The notes under the pieces are model-generated. The model made no database searches and was not told the DNA's origin. It worked only from the letters and a program-made list of their open reading frames with translations. A program made the position numbers and the translations under genes. 64,000 nucleotides of DNA, from contig JBFWNU010000002.1 in assembly GCA_050250895.1 (NCBI GenBank), forward strand, positions 32,001 to 96,000, given 5' to 3'. The stretch comes from Vulcanimicrobiota bacterium (GTDB lineage Bacteria; Vulcanimicrobiota; Xenobia; Xenobiales; JADMJV01). Below, piece by piece: positions 29,532-38,773 of this stretch; positions within the stretch are counted from its first letter, which is position 1, and each line of letters starts with the position of its first letter.

Positions 29532-30689
29532 TTGTCTGATTCTTTTCGCTCTTTTGACCTTCTCAAGAGCAGCCTCACAGCCCTGGAACGTATGGGTATC
29601 GACACCCCCACGCCCATCCAGGCTCAGGCCCTACCCCTCTTGCTCGACGGCCACGACCTCATCGGTCAGGCCCGCACCGGTTCGGGCAAAACCCTGGCCT
29701 TCTCGCTACCCATGATGGAATATGTCGAGCCTTCCGAGAAAGAGGTCCAGGCCCTGGTGCTCACCCCCACCCGCGAGCTGGCCACTCAGATCGCCACCGT
29801 GGTTGAAGAGTTGGCCAAAGCCGACCGCCTGCGCACCCTTACTATTTTTGGTGGCCGGGCCATCGGGCCCCAAGAAAAGCGTCTGCGCGACGGCATCCAG
29901 ATCGTGGTGGGCACGCCGGGCCGCGTGCTCGACCTGATCCAGCGCGGGACCCTCAAGCTCCATCGCGTCAACTACGTGGTCATCGACGAAGCCGACGAGA
30001 TGCTCGACCAGGGCTTCGCTCCCGCGGTGGAGCGCATCCTCGGCTCGATCAAGCACGACCATCTGACCGCCCTCTTCTCGGCCACCATGCCCGACTGGGT
30101 TCATCAGGCCAGTCGCAAGTATCTGCACAAACCGCGCACCGTGGCCATCGACACGGCCCCCGAGGATGTGCCCGACATCGAGCACCTTGCCTGCGAGGTG
30201 CCCGAAGGGCTACGATTCAAAGCTTTGACCTGTCTGCTCGAAGAACGGGGCGACGGGTCGGCCATCATCTTCGGGCGCACCAAGTACGGAGTCAAAAAGC
30301 TCACTCGCATCCTCGAGCGCGAGGGCTATCCGGTGGCCGCCCTCCAGGGCAACATGAGCCAGAACGCGAGGGATCGCGTCATGCAAGCCTTCCGGGACGG
30401 CGAAGTCGGCATCCTGGTGGCCACCAACGTGGCCGCGCGTGGGCTGGATGTAGACCACGTGGAACTGGTCATCAATTACGAGTTGCCCGAGAACCACGAG
30501 CTGCTCACGCACCGGGTCGGCCGAACGGGCCGCATGGGTCGCCAGGGCAGGGCTTTCACGCTGTTGACCCCGTCGGACGCGACCAAGTGGCGCTCGATGG
30601 AGCGCGGTCTGGGCCGGTCCATCAAGAAGGTGCGCTGGCAAGACCCCGATAGCCGGCCCAGCCGCCAGTCTCGCTCGCGCCGTCGCTAG
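29532..30689 (+). CDS. DEAD-box ATP-dependent RNA helicase
   Basis: Q motif TPTPIQ, ARTGSGKT, PTRELA, GG, TPGR, DEAD, SAT, ARGLD, HRVGRTGRMG; start TTG 29532 inferred. Confidence 0.95.
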   Translation: MSDSFRSFDLLKSSLTALERMGIDTPTPIQAQALPLLLDGHDLIGQARTGSGKTLAFSLPMMEYVEPSEKEVQALVLTPTRELATQIATVVEELAKADRLRTLTIFGGRAIGPQEKRLRDGIQIVVGTPGRVLDLIQRGTLKLHRVNYVVIDEADEMLDQGFAPAVERILGSIKHDHLTALFSATMPDWVHQASRKYLHKPRTVAIDTAPEDVPDIEHLACEVPEGLRFKALTCLLEERGDGSAIIFGRTKYGVKKLTRILEREGYPVAALQGNMSQNARDRVMQAFRDGEVGILVATNVAARGLDVDHVELVINYELPENHELLTHRVGRTGRMGRQGRAFTLLTPSDATKWRSMERGLGRSIKKVRWQDPDSRPSRQSRSRRR

Positions 30690-31033
30690 TGGACCGGTTG
30701 GGCGGGCTTCGTTGGGGTCTCTACATCGGCGACACAGCCATTGCCCAAAGCCTCGAACGCCTGACCCTGACTCACCCCGGTCGTCGCATGGCTGAGGCCG
30801 GGCGCCTCTTCGCCGAACTGCTCTGGGAGGTCGTCCACGGGGCCGACCTCGAGCAACTCTTGCGGGACCGTCTGGCGCGCCAGGACAGCCCTTTCCTCGG
30901 CGCCCTGCTCGGAGCCAACAACGGCCCCGAGGCCTTCCCCGCGAGCTGGCGCGAAGGACTGCGACCAGCCAGACCGAGCGGGCCGCTGCCGCCGCCAGGA
31001 GCGACTCGGCTGGCCCCGAAGGCCGACCCATGA
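30689..31033 (+). pseudogene. internally deleted ADP-ribosylglycohydrolase remnant
   Basis: N-terminal (DRLGGLRWGLYIGD), central (LTH) and C-terminal (LGALLGANNG..FP..W..GL) ARH motifs packed into 114 aa; TDD and DxD metal-binding motifs absent. Confidence 0.65.
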
Positions 31034-31602
31034 CGAATCCCAGGGTCGACGACTATCTCGGCAAACCCAGAAAGTGGCTAGAGGAGATGAGGAAGCTCCG
31101 CAGCATCCTGCTCGGCTGCGGACTGACCGAAGAGTGGAAGTGGCGCAAGCCGTGTTACACGGTGCAAGACAGCAACGTGGTCCTGATCTTGTCTTTCAAG
31201 GCCACCTGCGCCCTGCTCTTCGTGAAGGGCGCCCTGCTCGAAGACCCCCGGGACATCCTCATCCAACCCACCGAGAGCACCCAGGCGGCCCGCCAAATGC
31301 GCTTCACCGGGCTCGAGGACATCGACGAGTCGGTGGTCGCAGACTATGTCAGGCGAGCTGTCGAGGTCGAGAAGGCCGGCCTGAAGGTTGATTTTAGACC
31401 CAATCCCGAGCCCATCCCCGCCGAACTACAAACCAAACTCGACCAAATGCCTGCCCTGAAGAAAGCCTTCGAGTCCCTGACCCCCGGCCGGCAGCGCGGC
31501 TACATCCTGCACTTCTCGGGAGCCAAGAAGTCCGAAACTCGAGCCTCTCGGGTCGAAAAAAGCATCCCCCAGATCCTGGCCGGCAAAGGCCTCAACGACT
31601 AG
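31030..31602 (+). CDS. YdeI/OmpD-associated (DUF1801 + OmdA) family protein
   Basis: MTNPRVDDY, LTEEWKWRKPCYT, FVKGALLEDP, ARQMRFT, AFESLTPGRQRGY, KKSETRASR, GKGLND. Confidence 0.9.
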   Translation: MTNPRVDDYLGKPRKWLEEMRKLRSILLGCGLTEEWKWRKPCYTVQDSNVVLILSFKATCALLFVKGALLEDPRDILIQPTESTQAARQMRFTGLEDIDESVVADYVRRAVEVEKAGLKVDFRPNPEPIPAELQTKLDQMPALKKAFESLTPGRQRGYILHFSGAKKSETRASRVEKSIPQILAGKGLND

Positions 31603-31662
31603 GCCGACCAGCACTGCCCCGGACCGGGGTCTGGCAGACTGTCACCGTGGGCATAATCGTTA

Positions 31663-32346
31663 GTGATGACGGTTGCCCGAAAGCGAAATCGTGACCTGTT
31701 GGCCGTTCTAGCTCTGTTGATGGCCATCGCGGTATGCTTTGGCTACCACTCCACCAAGCCACCCGAGTCCGCCCAGAGGCAGAAGCCTGTGCCTCCCCCC
31801 ACTCGTCAACCAGTGCCCCCTGCGACGGAAATCCCTGCACCCGTCTATTCCATCGCCGGCATCCGTCCTGGGATGACCCTTTCCCAGGTCGAGGCGGTTC
31901 ATGGCCCATCGCGTCGGGAATACGATAACTATCGGACGGTCGGGAGCCCTCCGGTGGCCTGCCTTCTGATCGCAAGCGACGGCAGGGTCGAATGCGTGAC
32001 GGGGCGCTGGCTTCAGCGAGACTCCGTCCTGTTGGTCGAGCCACCACTCACTGAAGCCAAGCTGAAGCGAACTCTCGGACCGCCATCCCACCGCTGGACC
32101 AACGGGTCGTGGTGTGGAACCTGTTACGCCGAACTCTGGGCCTATCCGGGCGGTCTCTCGGTGACCTCTGATTTGGGCGGCCTTGGAATGTTTCGTCTGA
32201 CCACCGCAGAGGCCACCATTCCCGAAGGTTGGGTCTCCGTCGGCGAGAAGCGCCCGAGGGCTGTCTCGAACGGTGAGGGCGGCTTAACCACTCTACCTGC
32301 GCTGCCGCGGACACTCGGGGCATCCCCAGTCGCCCCTGCCAGGTAG
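31663..32346 (+). CDS. hypothetical membrane-anchored protein
   Basis: N-terminal TM, Pro-rich linker, IAGIRPGMTLSQVEAVHG and LKRTLGPP repeats, CxxC motif. Confidence 0.6.
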   Translation: MMTVARKRNRDLLAVLALLMAIAVCFGYHSTKPPESAQRQKPVPPPTRQPVPPATEIPAPVYSIAGIRPGMTLSQVEAVHGPSRREYDNYRTVGSPPVACLLIASDGRVECVTGRWLQRDSVLLVEPPLTEAKLKRTLGPPSHRWTNGSWCGTCYAELWAYPGGLSVTSDLGGLGMFRLTTAEATIPEGWVSVGEKRPRAVSNGEGGLTTLPALPRTLGASPVAPAR

Positions 32347-32367
32347 ACCACCCTGACCACCCTGACG

Positions 32368-32398
32368 GCCCGACCCGGCCAACGGGGCCGGTCGGGCT
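32368..32398. terminator. GC-rich hairpin between convergent genes
   Basis: gcccgac(c)cggcc-aacgg-ggccggtcgggc imperfect stem, no U-tract. Confidence 0.4.
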
Positions 32399-32403
32399 CG
32401 GCT

Positions 32404-35400
32404 CTAGAACCAGACGTGGATGTCCTCGGTTTGGCAGATTCCGCGGATGTCGGGACCCTGGCTCTTGAGCACGAAACGGTCACCCTGGCGGGCGTAGAGG
32501 AACTGTCCACCCGGAGTGACCGGGTCGTTCCCGGCCCCCACCTGGGCCAACTCCGCCGGATACTCGCCGTGGTCGAGTCGATAGAGCTCCAGCTTTGCCA
32601 CCGTGCGCATTGCTTCCAGACGGGCGTAGGACAGGCGCGCCTGCTGGTTGGCCCGGGTCAGGTTGGGTAGCAAGACCGAGGCCAGGCTACCCGGGCGGAC
32701 CGTGTCGACGCCCGGCATTCGGCCCCCCAGGGCGCAATCGCGCCAGGCCAGAAAGCCGGCCGAATAGATCTGCAGCTCGCGCTGCTTGTAGACGGCCGGC
32801 AGGGCCAGCGGCGCCAACAGGGCCAGTTCGCTACCGCTCAGGTCGTCGATCTCGCCAGAATCCAGTTCCTGGAAAGCTCGCATTCCGAAAGCCATCTCTT
32901 CGTCAAGATGCTGCAGGTAGGCTTGCTGGCTCCACTCCTGCTGGTCCAGAGCGGTCAGGATGCGCTGGTAGTCGGCTTCACCAAAGCGATGTCGCTGCAA
33001 CAGGCCCAACAGGGCGTCGCCGGCGATGGCCTCCTGGGCCACCGTGATCAGCCCGTGAATGAGCGGCCCCTGGCCGGCCAGCTGGTCGGCCCAGTCCAGG
33101 CCGAAGAGGCAGTAGTCAAGGGCCTGGTCATAGTGACCCGCGCGCTCGCATTGCAGGGCCCGAACATAAAGGCCCTGATTGACCGCTCGCATCAGGATGA
33201 AGTTGGGCATCATCGCTCCGATGCCCTCGCTCCAGCGCGGGGGCACCACCCATTCGGGGCGCTCCATGGCCGTCCTCAGGCGCAGCAGGGCCTGGTCGAA
33301 GCGCTCGGTGTCCTGGGCGGCCCGCTCTTGCTCCTGGTCCAGTGCCTGCAGGATCTTCTCGCGATCGCCCTCGACCGCCCAGGAGAGGGCCTTGAGATCT
33401 TCGCCCAACATGGTGGCGCGCTGGCCCGGAGATTCGCTGCGCATGAACGTCACCGCGACCTGCTCGAAGCCGTTGTCGCGAGGGCTGACGGCCGCCTGGG
33501 CCAGTTCCCGCCGGCGGGCCTGCTCATAGATCCGCGACACTTCGGCCGTGCGGGCCTCGGGCACATCCAGCAAGACCATGCGAAGGCCGCCCCAGACCAT
33601 CACCACCAGCAAAGCTCCCACCGCTGCCCGGTTCAGAGTCGGGCCCAGCGGCACTGGCTCGTTCTCATCAAAGAGCACGAAACCGGCGCCGCCGAAAGCC
33701 GCCCCCAGGGCCAGTCCAAAGGCGCCGAACCAGGCCAGGACCGCCAGTTCGGCGGCCGGGCCGGGCGCCACCAGATTGGCCTGGAACAGAGCCCGGCCGG
33801 CCAGGGGCACCGTCGAAAGCAGGCCGCCCGTAACCGCTCCCAGACCCGCGCCCAGAGCCACGGCTTTGGCCAGGGATTGGGCGCACAGGCTGGCCAGAGC
33901 TCTGGCCAGCGGACCAAAGCAGAGCGAGGTCAGGGTGATCAACAGCACGACGGTGGCCAGGGCCGAAGAGGCGGCCATGGTGGCCGAGGTCGCGAAGGTC
34001 TCCAGCACCAACATTCCCACCAGACCACCCGCCTGCAAGGCTGCCACCAGAGTCAGGGCGGTGGCCGGGACCAACATGACTCGTTGCCCACTGCGGCGGG
34101 GCGAGACCGGGACCGGTTGACGCTCCCACTGCTGGCTCAGGCTGGTCTCGAGGGTTCGCCGTGACGAGACGGCCACATTCAGACAGGTCAGGCCGAGAGC
34201 GCCCAGCACCAGAGTCTCGCTCAGGATGTGGGACCATGCCTCGTCGCTCAAGTCGGCTCCCAGTACGACTCCCAGCAGGCCGATTCCCAAGCAGGCTGCG
34301 GCCCAGCTCAGCAGCCAGGTCCAACCTGTTCGGGCCAGGCCCGCCATAGTCCGGGTGCCGGCCTCGCTGCGGGTGCGGACCTGGGCCGACACGGCCAGTC
34401 CCATCAGGCCACCGGCCAACGGCATCAGCAGGGCTGCTAACAGGATCAGCAGGCCCGAGCCTATTTCCCAATCGGCCCAGTGCAGCCCCGTCGGGTCGAA
34501 AGCTACTGCCAGGCCGGCCACCGCCAGCACCGAGGCCAGTTCTAGATACACGGGCACGCAAGCCACCTGCAGCCAGCCGCGCAAAAAGACCCATTCGTTG
34601 AGGCCTGAAGCCAGCAACGTCTCGAGCGTGCCGCGCTCGCGCTCTTCCACCAACGCCGAGCTGGTGCGCAGGGCACAGCGCACAAAGGATAGACAGGCAA
34701 CCACTCCGAGCAAGGCCTCGAAGCCCCCGCGCCAGTCGGCGTAGGGCAGACAGATCAGTTGGGTTGCGGCCACCGTGAGAACCACCGTCGGTAGCACCAA
34801 TCGAGCCAAAAACAGCCCGCCCAGTCCTCCCGGGATGGCTCCCGCCAGGCGGGCGATTTCGCGCTGCACGATGGGATTGTCGCTGACCGCCCCGACCCAG
34901 GGGTTGCGCCGATAAGTGCGAGCCGGCGGCTCGAGGGCGCGCTCCAGGGCGGCCACTGTGAAGCTGCGTCCCACGACCAGGGCCAATCCGCCCACTGCCA
35001 GCGAGAAGACCAGGCAGGCCATCCCGTGCCCGTGCCAGAGCAGCCAGCCGCTACCTCCGGCCAGAACAGTTCCCAGTCCGGTCGCCATCAGGCTGGCGCC
35101 CCAGGCAGCTCCGCTGCCAAAGCGAGGAGCCACCATCACGGCTTGCACCAGATACGAGCCCACAAAGAGCAGGCAGGCCGTCAGTGGCAACCAGCCCAGG
35201 GCCGCGGTCAATACCAGGCCTCGGGAAGCGGCCGGAAAGATGCCTGCTCCAAGGGCCAGGATGAAGGCCACCGGCAGGCCCACCCGCATCAGCGAGCGCA
35301 GACTAAAACTTGCCAGAGCGTCCGACACTCCGCCGGCGCAGAGGCCCGAGGTCAACACCTCGTCGAGGCACCGACCCCGCACCAGCGAGCGCAGAATCGA

Positions 35401-35910
35401 GATATCCGAGGCGAAGTGATAGAGCGGCAGGGCGATGAGCAGGCTCAGACCCACCGTAGCCACAAAGAATCGAGCCGAAACGCCCTGCCCCATGAAGCTC
35501 ATGGCCAACCCCGGCAGGCCGTAGGCCAACACCGCCGTGGCCAGCCAGAAGGAGGGTCCGCGCAGGCCCGCCCGCACTGCTCGTGTCTCGAGCAAAGCGG
35601 CCAGCGGATGCGAGCCCGACAGCGAGATCAAGCCATCCAGCCAGCGCGAGAATCGGCCCACGGCGCGGTGAACCGCCAGCATCGGAACCACCTGCTTTTC
35701 GGCCTGGCCGGCCACCCGGCTGGCAAAGTCGGCCGGGAGGGGTCGGGCCACCGGCATTACCGCCGGCAACTCGCGCAGAGAGCCCACCAATCGCTGGCAC
35801 TCGCTACACTCGTGCAGATGGGCTTCGACCCGCTTGGAATCTAGGGGCGAGGCGTGCCCATCCAGCCAGTCGGAAATCGTCTCGAACAAATTCGCGCATT
35901 CGTGTTTCAT
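32404..35910 (-). CDS. ZAS zinc-finger anti-sigma fused to multi-TM ABC-2-permease-like and C-terminal pseudopilin-like domains
   Basis: HLHECSEC (Hx3Cx2C); DNPIVQRE and EERERGTLETLLASGL (ABC-2-like); many TMs; C-terminal ELYRLDHGEYPAEL..DP..FLY..SQGPD..EDI; ATGA coupling with the sigma gene. Confidence 0.75.
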   Translation of the reverse strand: MKHECANLFETISDWLDGHASPLDSKRVEAHLHECSECQRLVGSLRELPAVMPVARPLPADFASRVAGQAEKQVVPMLAVHRAVGRFSRWLDGLISLSGSHPLAALLETRAVRAGLRGPSFWLATAVLAYGLPGLAMSFMGQGVSARFFVATVGLSLLIALPLYHFASDISILRSLVRGRCLDEVLTSGLCAGGVSDALASFSLRSLMRVGLPVAFILALGAGIFPAASRGLVLTAALGWLPLTACLLFVGSYLVQAVMVAPRFGSGAAWGASLMATGLGTVLAGGSGWLLWHGHGMACLVFSLAVGGLALVVGRSFTVAALERALEPPARTYRRNPWVGAVSDNPIVQREIARLAGAIPGGLGGLFLARLVLPTVVLTVAATQLICLPYADWRGGFEALLGVVACLSFVRCALRTSSALVEERERGTLETLLASGLNEWVFLRGWLQVACVPVYLELASVLAVAGLAVAFDPTGLHWADWEIGSGLLILLAALLMPLAGGLMGLAVSAQVRTRSEAGTRTMAGLARTGWTWLLSWAAACLGIGLLGVVLGADLSDEAWSHILSETLVLGALGLTCLNVAVSSRRTLETSLSQQWERQPVPVSPRRSGQRVMLVPATALTLVAALQAGGLVGMLVLETFATSATMAASSALATVVLLITLTSLCFGPLARALASLCAQSLAKAVALGAGLGAVTGGLLSTVPLAGRALFQANLVAPGPAAELAVLAWFGAFGLALGAAFGGAGFVLFDENEPVPLGPTLNRAAVGALLVVMVWGGLRMVLLDVPEARTAEVSRIYEQARRRELAQAAVSPRDNGFEQVAVTFMRSESPGQRATMLGEDLKALSWAVEGDREKILQALDQEQERAAQDTERFDQALLRLRTAMERPEWVVPPRWSEGIGAMMPNFILMRAVNQGLYVRALQCERAGHYDQALDYCLFGLDWADQLAGQGPLIHGLITVAQEAIAGDALLGLLQRHRFGEADYQRILTALDQQEWSQQAYLQHLDEEMAFGMRAFQELDSGEIDDLSGSELALLAPLALPAVYKQRELQIYSAGFLAWRDCALGGRMPGVDTVRPGSLASVLLPNLTRANQQARLSYARLEAMRTVAKLELYRLDHGEYPAELAQVGAGNDPVTPGGQFLYARQGDRFVLKSQGPDIRGICQTEDIHVWF

Positions 35911-36539
35911 CGGTCTCCCTCTCCCTGCAGGGCTTTGGCAAAACGCAGCCGGGCCTTGGCCAGGCGGCTGCGGACAGTTCCCAGCGGCACTTTGAGCGCC
36001 CGGGCAATCTCATCGTAAGAAAGCTGCATCACTTCGCGTAAGGTCAGGACGGTGCGGTCCTGGTCGTTGAGCTCGTCAAAGGCCCGGCTTAGATCCAGGC
36101 GTTGCTCGGTGCCCTCGCTCTCGGCCGGTGTGACCGGCTCTTGGCCGCCATCGGCCAGCGCATCCAGCGACCCCGGACGCGTGCGCCGCTGAAAGCGACG
36201 GCATTGATAGGTGACGATGCGCAGCATCCAAGAATGGGCCGCCTGGGGATCGCGCAATTGGTGGATGGCCGAATAGGCGGCCAGGTAGGCCTCTTGCAGG
36301 GCGTCCTGAGCCGTATCGGCGTCGCGCAGCAGCGAGCAGGCCAGGCGATAGGCCGGCTCTTGCGTTTCGCGCACGAAGGCCTCGAAGGCCCCCTCTTCGC
36401 CGTCTTGAACCCGGCCCACCAGCTGCGACAACCTTTGCCGGCGACTGTCGGTCATGCTCGGGGATTGCTCGGCCACGGCCTGACCGCCTCTTGACCCGAG
36501 CAAGTTTCCGACCGCAAATGCTCCATAAGCTGAACTCAC
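35907..36539 (-). CDS. ECF-type RNA polymerase sigma-70 factor
   Basis: AFEAFV, AQDALQEAY, WMLRI (region 2); LSYDEIARALKVPLGTVRSRLAKAR (region 4); GGAGG RBS. Confidence 0.93.
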   Translation of the reverse strand: MSSAYGAFAVGNLLGSRGGQAVAEQSPSMTDSRRQRLSQLVGRVQDGEEGAFEAFVRETQEPAYRLACSLLRDADTAQDALQEAYLAAYSAIHQLRDPQAAHSWMLRIVTYQCRRFQRRTRPGSLDALADGGQEPVTPAESEGTEQRLDLSRAFDELNDQDRTVLTLREVMQLSYDEIARALKVPLGTVRSRLAKARLRFAKALQGEGDR

Positions 36540-36609
36540 GCACTCACCTCCGTCTAACGGGTGATAGTGCCAGCGGGCTCAGGAAAAGTTCGCGGTGGCT
36601 GAAAAAGTT

Positions 36610-37059
36610 TTAGCTAGCGCGCCGCTCGAGAGCCTCGACCCGAGCAGCCAGGTCGCTGACGATGCCAGTCAGTTCCTCGTTCTGCTTGACCACGCTCTCC
36701 ACTTTTGCGCGGTCTTCCAGGAGCCTAGTAAGGATCTGCTCGATACTGGCAAAGGTGCCCCCCAGGGCTACGGTGGTGGCTTCCATGTGAACCGACCGAG
36801 CTTGAAGGTTCTTGACCGCACCATCCAGTCGCGCAACGTCCCGCTGGACGTAGCCCAAATCCTCCTGGAGTTTCCCCACGTCCTCCTGGAGTTTCCCCAC
36901 GTCCTCCTGGAGTTTCCCCATATGGGTTCCCAGGTCCCCGACCACTCCTACAACCGTGGAGAGTTCTCGCGTGGTAGCACTCTGTTCGGCTTGAAGGTCC
37001 TGGAGGTGGCCTCCGACCGCGGTCATGGCTTGGCGAAGCTGATGGAGGTCGTCGCTCAT
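36610..37059 (-). CDS. coiled-coil hypothetical protein with GKLQEDV heptad repeats
   Basis: Heptad pattern; TATAAT 6 nt before ATG 37059. Confidence 0.7.
   Translation of the reverse strand: MSDDLHQLRQAMTAVGGHLQDLQAEQSATTRELSTVVGVVGDLGTHMGKLQEDVGKLQEDVGKLQEDLGYVQRDVARLDGAVKNLQARSVHMEATTVALGGTFASIEQILTRLLEDRAKVESVVKQNEELTGIVSDLAARVEALERRAS
36860..36921 (-). repeat. 21-bp tandem repeat x3 (coding heptad)
   Basis: tcctcctggagtttccccacg repeated. Confidence 0.9.
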
Positions 37060-37103
37060 AGGCATATTATACGACTTCTGACCGCTTCATCCAACCTCTG
37101 CGG

Positions 37104-37535
37104 TTATAAGCCGGCTGGGACAGCCTCGGGTTTGACGATCTGATAGCCCGCCAGCTTCCATTTGGCATCCTCGCGAATCAGCGTCAGTAGTTCGGCGGCC
37201 TTGGGCAGATTGGCGTAAGACGAGGTGAACCGCAGCACGTAGAAGTCCCCGGTCACCCCGTTGAGTTGGTTATGGTGGGTGGCCTTGACGAACTTGCGGC
37301 TCTTTCGCGCTCCTACGGCTTGGTGAGCTGCAGCTAGTGAAGCGGCAAAACTGTCGGCAGTGGTGGCCTGCTGCAGCATCGCCGCGCCGGCCTTGTAGGC
37401 GTCGGCATAGTTGCCTTCATCGAGCGTCACCAACACCTCCTGGCCCCGGGCCACCGCCGCCTTGTCGGTCTCGGCCACCCCTACCAGGGTCGCCAGCAAC
37501 ATCAACCACATTACTAAGCAAAAACGTCTCATCAA
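37104..37535 (-). CDS. DUF4019-domain secreted protein
   Basis: Signal peptide; LDEGNYADAY, GDFYVLRFTSSYAN..AAELLTL..WKLAGYQI. Confidence 0.8.
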   Translation of the reverse strand: MMRRFCLVMWLMLLATLVGVAETDKAAVARGQEVLVTLDEGNYADAYKAGAAMLQQATTADSFAASLAAAHQAVGARKSRKFVKATHHNQLNGVTGDFYVLRFTSSYANLPKAAELLTLIREDAKWKLAGYQIVKPEAVPAGL

Positions 37536-37613
37536 GAGACTTTCGCGCCCGGGCGGCGGCCACCCTGGCTCGTCTTTCAGGCTGATTTCAGCCGCCGGGG
37601 CTAGTCTGTCTCC

Positions 37614-38675
37614 ATGCAGATTGCAGGAGTGGGGCTAGCCTTGTACGCCCGAAGGCCGCCTCAAACTACCCGGGCCGCATCGTTAGACCAGGTATGCCTT
37701 CAGGCCGGCGAGACCCACGCCCAACGTCCCGTTTTTGCGGCACCGACTTTGCGTCCCCGTCCTGAGCCTATCCAGGTGCAGGGCGAACAACTGGCCCAGC
37801 AACTGGCTCCCACGCTGACCCGGCACACCGTCAATTATCGCTACAATTCGCTCTTGCCCATGCTCGATTTCGTCAATCACCTCAACGGCCAGCCGGCTGA
37901 ATGCACCTTCCGCCAGGGCTTCGAGAGCTATGCTCCCGACCTGGTGGGCGATATGGCCAAAGTTGGCGGCCGCTCTTGCGTGGGCATGGCCATCACCTTG
38001 CGCGACGACCTGCGGGGTCGGGGACTGCCCGCCTACATCTGTCCGGTCAGTCTCCCCGAGGCCCTCCAACACGGCAATCCGCTGGCTTTTGGCCACACCG
38101 CTGTGGTCATCCCCTTCCGCCACCAAAATGACCAGGGCTACGTCATCCTCGACCCTGGCCTGAGCATTCCCAAGCCGATCGTGGTGCGCGAAGGGCAGAC
38201 CACCAGCCTGGTCCCCTGGGAGAATTCACCTCACCCCCAGACCTGGACTTTCCAATTCGAGAGCCCTCACATGCTCAGTTGCGAGGTGCAGATTCCCAAC
38301 TCCAGTGGGGGAGGCACGAGTCGCTTCCTTATCGACCAGGAGTGGACTGACCCCGAGGCCACGCTCGGCCGTTGTGCTTCGCTCAATCCCCGCCCTCGCA
38401 TCACCGCTCGCGACGCCCGGGGTGAAACGCTGGCGGCTGTGGCCGTGGAGATGCGCCGCCCGGGCTCGGTGCGGGTGGTGGTCGAAAGCGAGGGCCGGCG
38501 CCAACGCTTTGCCTACCAGGCTGAAGACAAGTGGCAAGAAGCCATCAGTCCCGAAATTGCCCGGTTACTCTTGCCCCACTCCGCCGACCCGCGCCAGGAA
38601 CTCATCGAGGCCGTCCGGCGATGCAGCCAATCCATGCCCATCTTGCAAACCGCTATTCAGGCGGTGCTAGCTTGA
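37614..38675 (+). CDS. hypothetical protein with transglutaminase/arylamine-N-acetyltransferase-like Cys-His-Asp motifs
   Basis: GGRSCVGMA, FGHTAVVI, YVILDPG; Pro-rich N-terminus without signal peptide. Confidence 0.6.
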   Translation: MQIAGVGLALYARRPPQTTRAASLDQVCLQAGETHAQRPVFAAPTLRPRPEPIQVQGEQLAQQLAPTLTRHTVNYRYNSLLPMLDFVNHLNGQPAECTFRQGFESYAPDLVGDMAKVGGRSCVGMAITLRDDLRGRGLPAYICPVSLPEALQHGNPLAFGHTAVVIPFRHQNDQGYVILDPGLSIPKPIVVREGQTTSLVPWENSPHPQTWTFQFESPHMLSCEVQIPNSSGGGTSRFLIDQEWTDPEATLGRCASLNPRPRITARDARGETLAAVAVEMRRPGSVRVVVESEGRRQRFAYQAEDKWQEAISPEIARLLLPHSADPRQELIEAVRRCSQSMPILQTAIQAVLA

Positions 38676-38773
38676 ACGTCCGTGTCCCTGGCCAGCCTGC
38701 CGCTGCTGGCTGGCCCCGACGGCCGCTACCACCTTTTCCACAACCTTTAAGCACGCGCTGTTAGCCTGTTGCT

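Noticed and set aside
32908-35844. Long + strand ORFs opposite the anti-sigma gene
   Set aside because: Shadow frames with no motifs.
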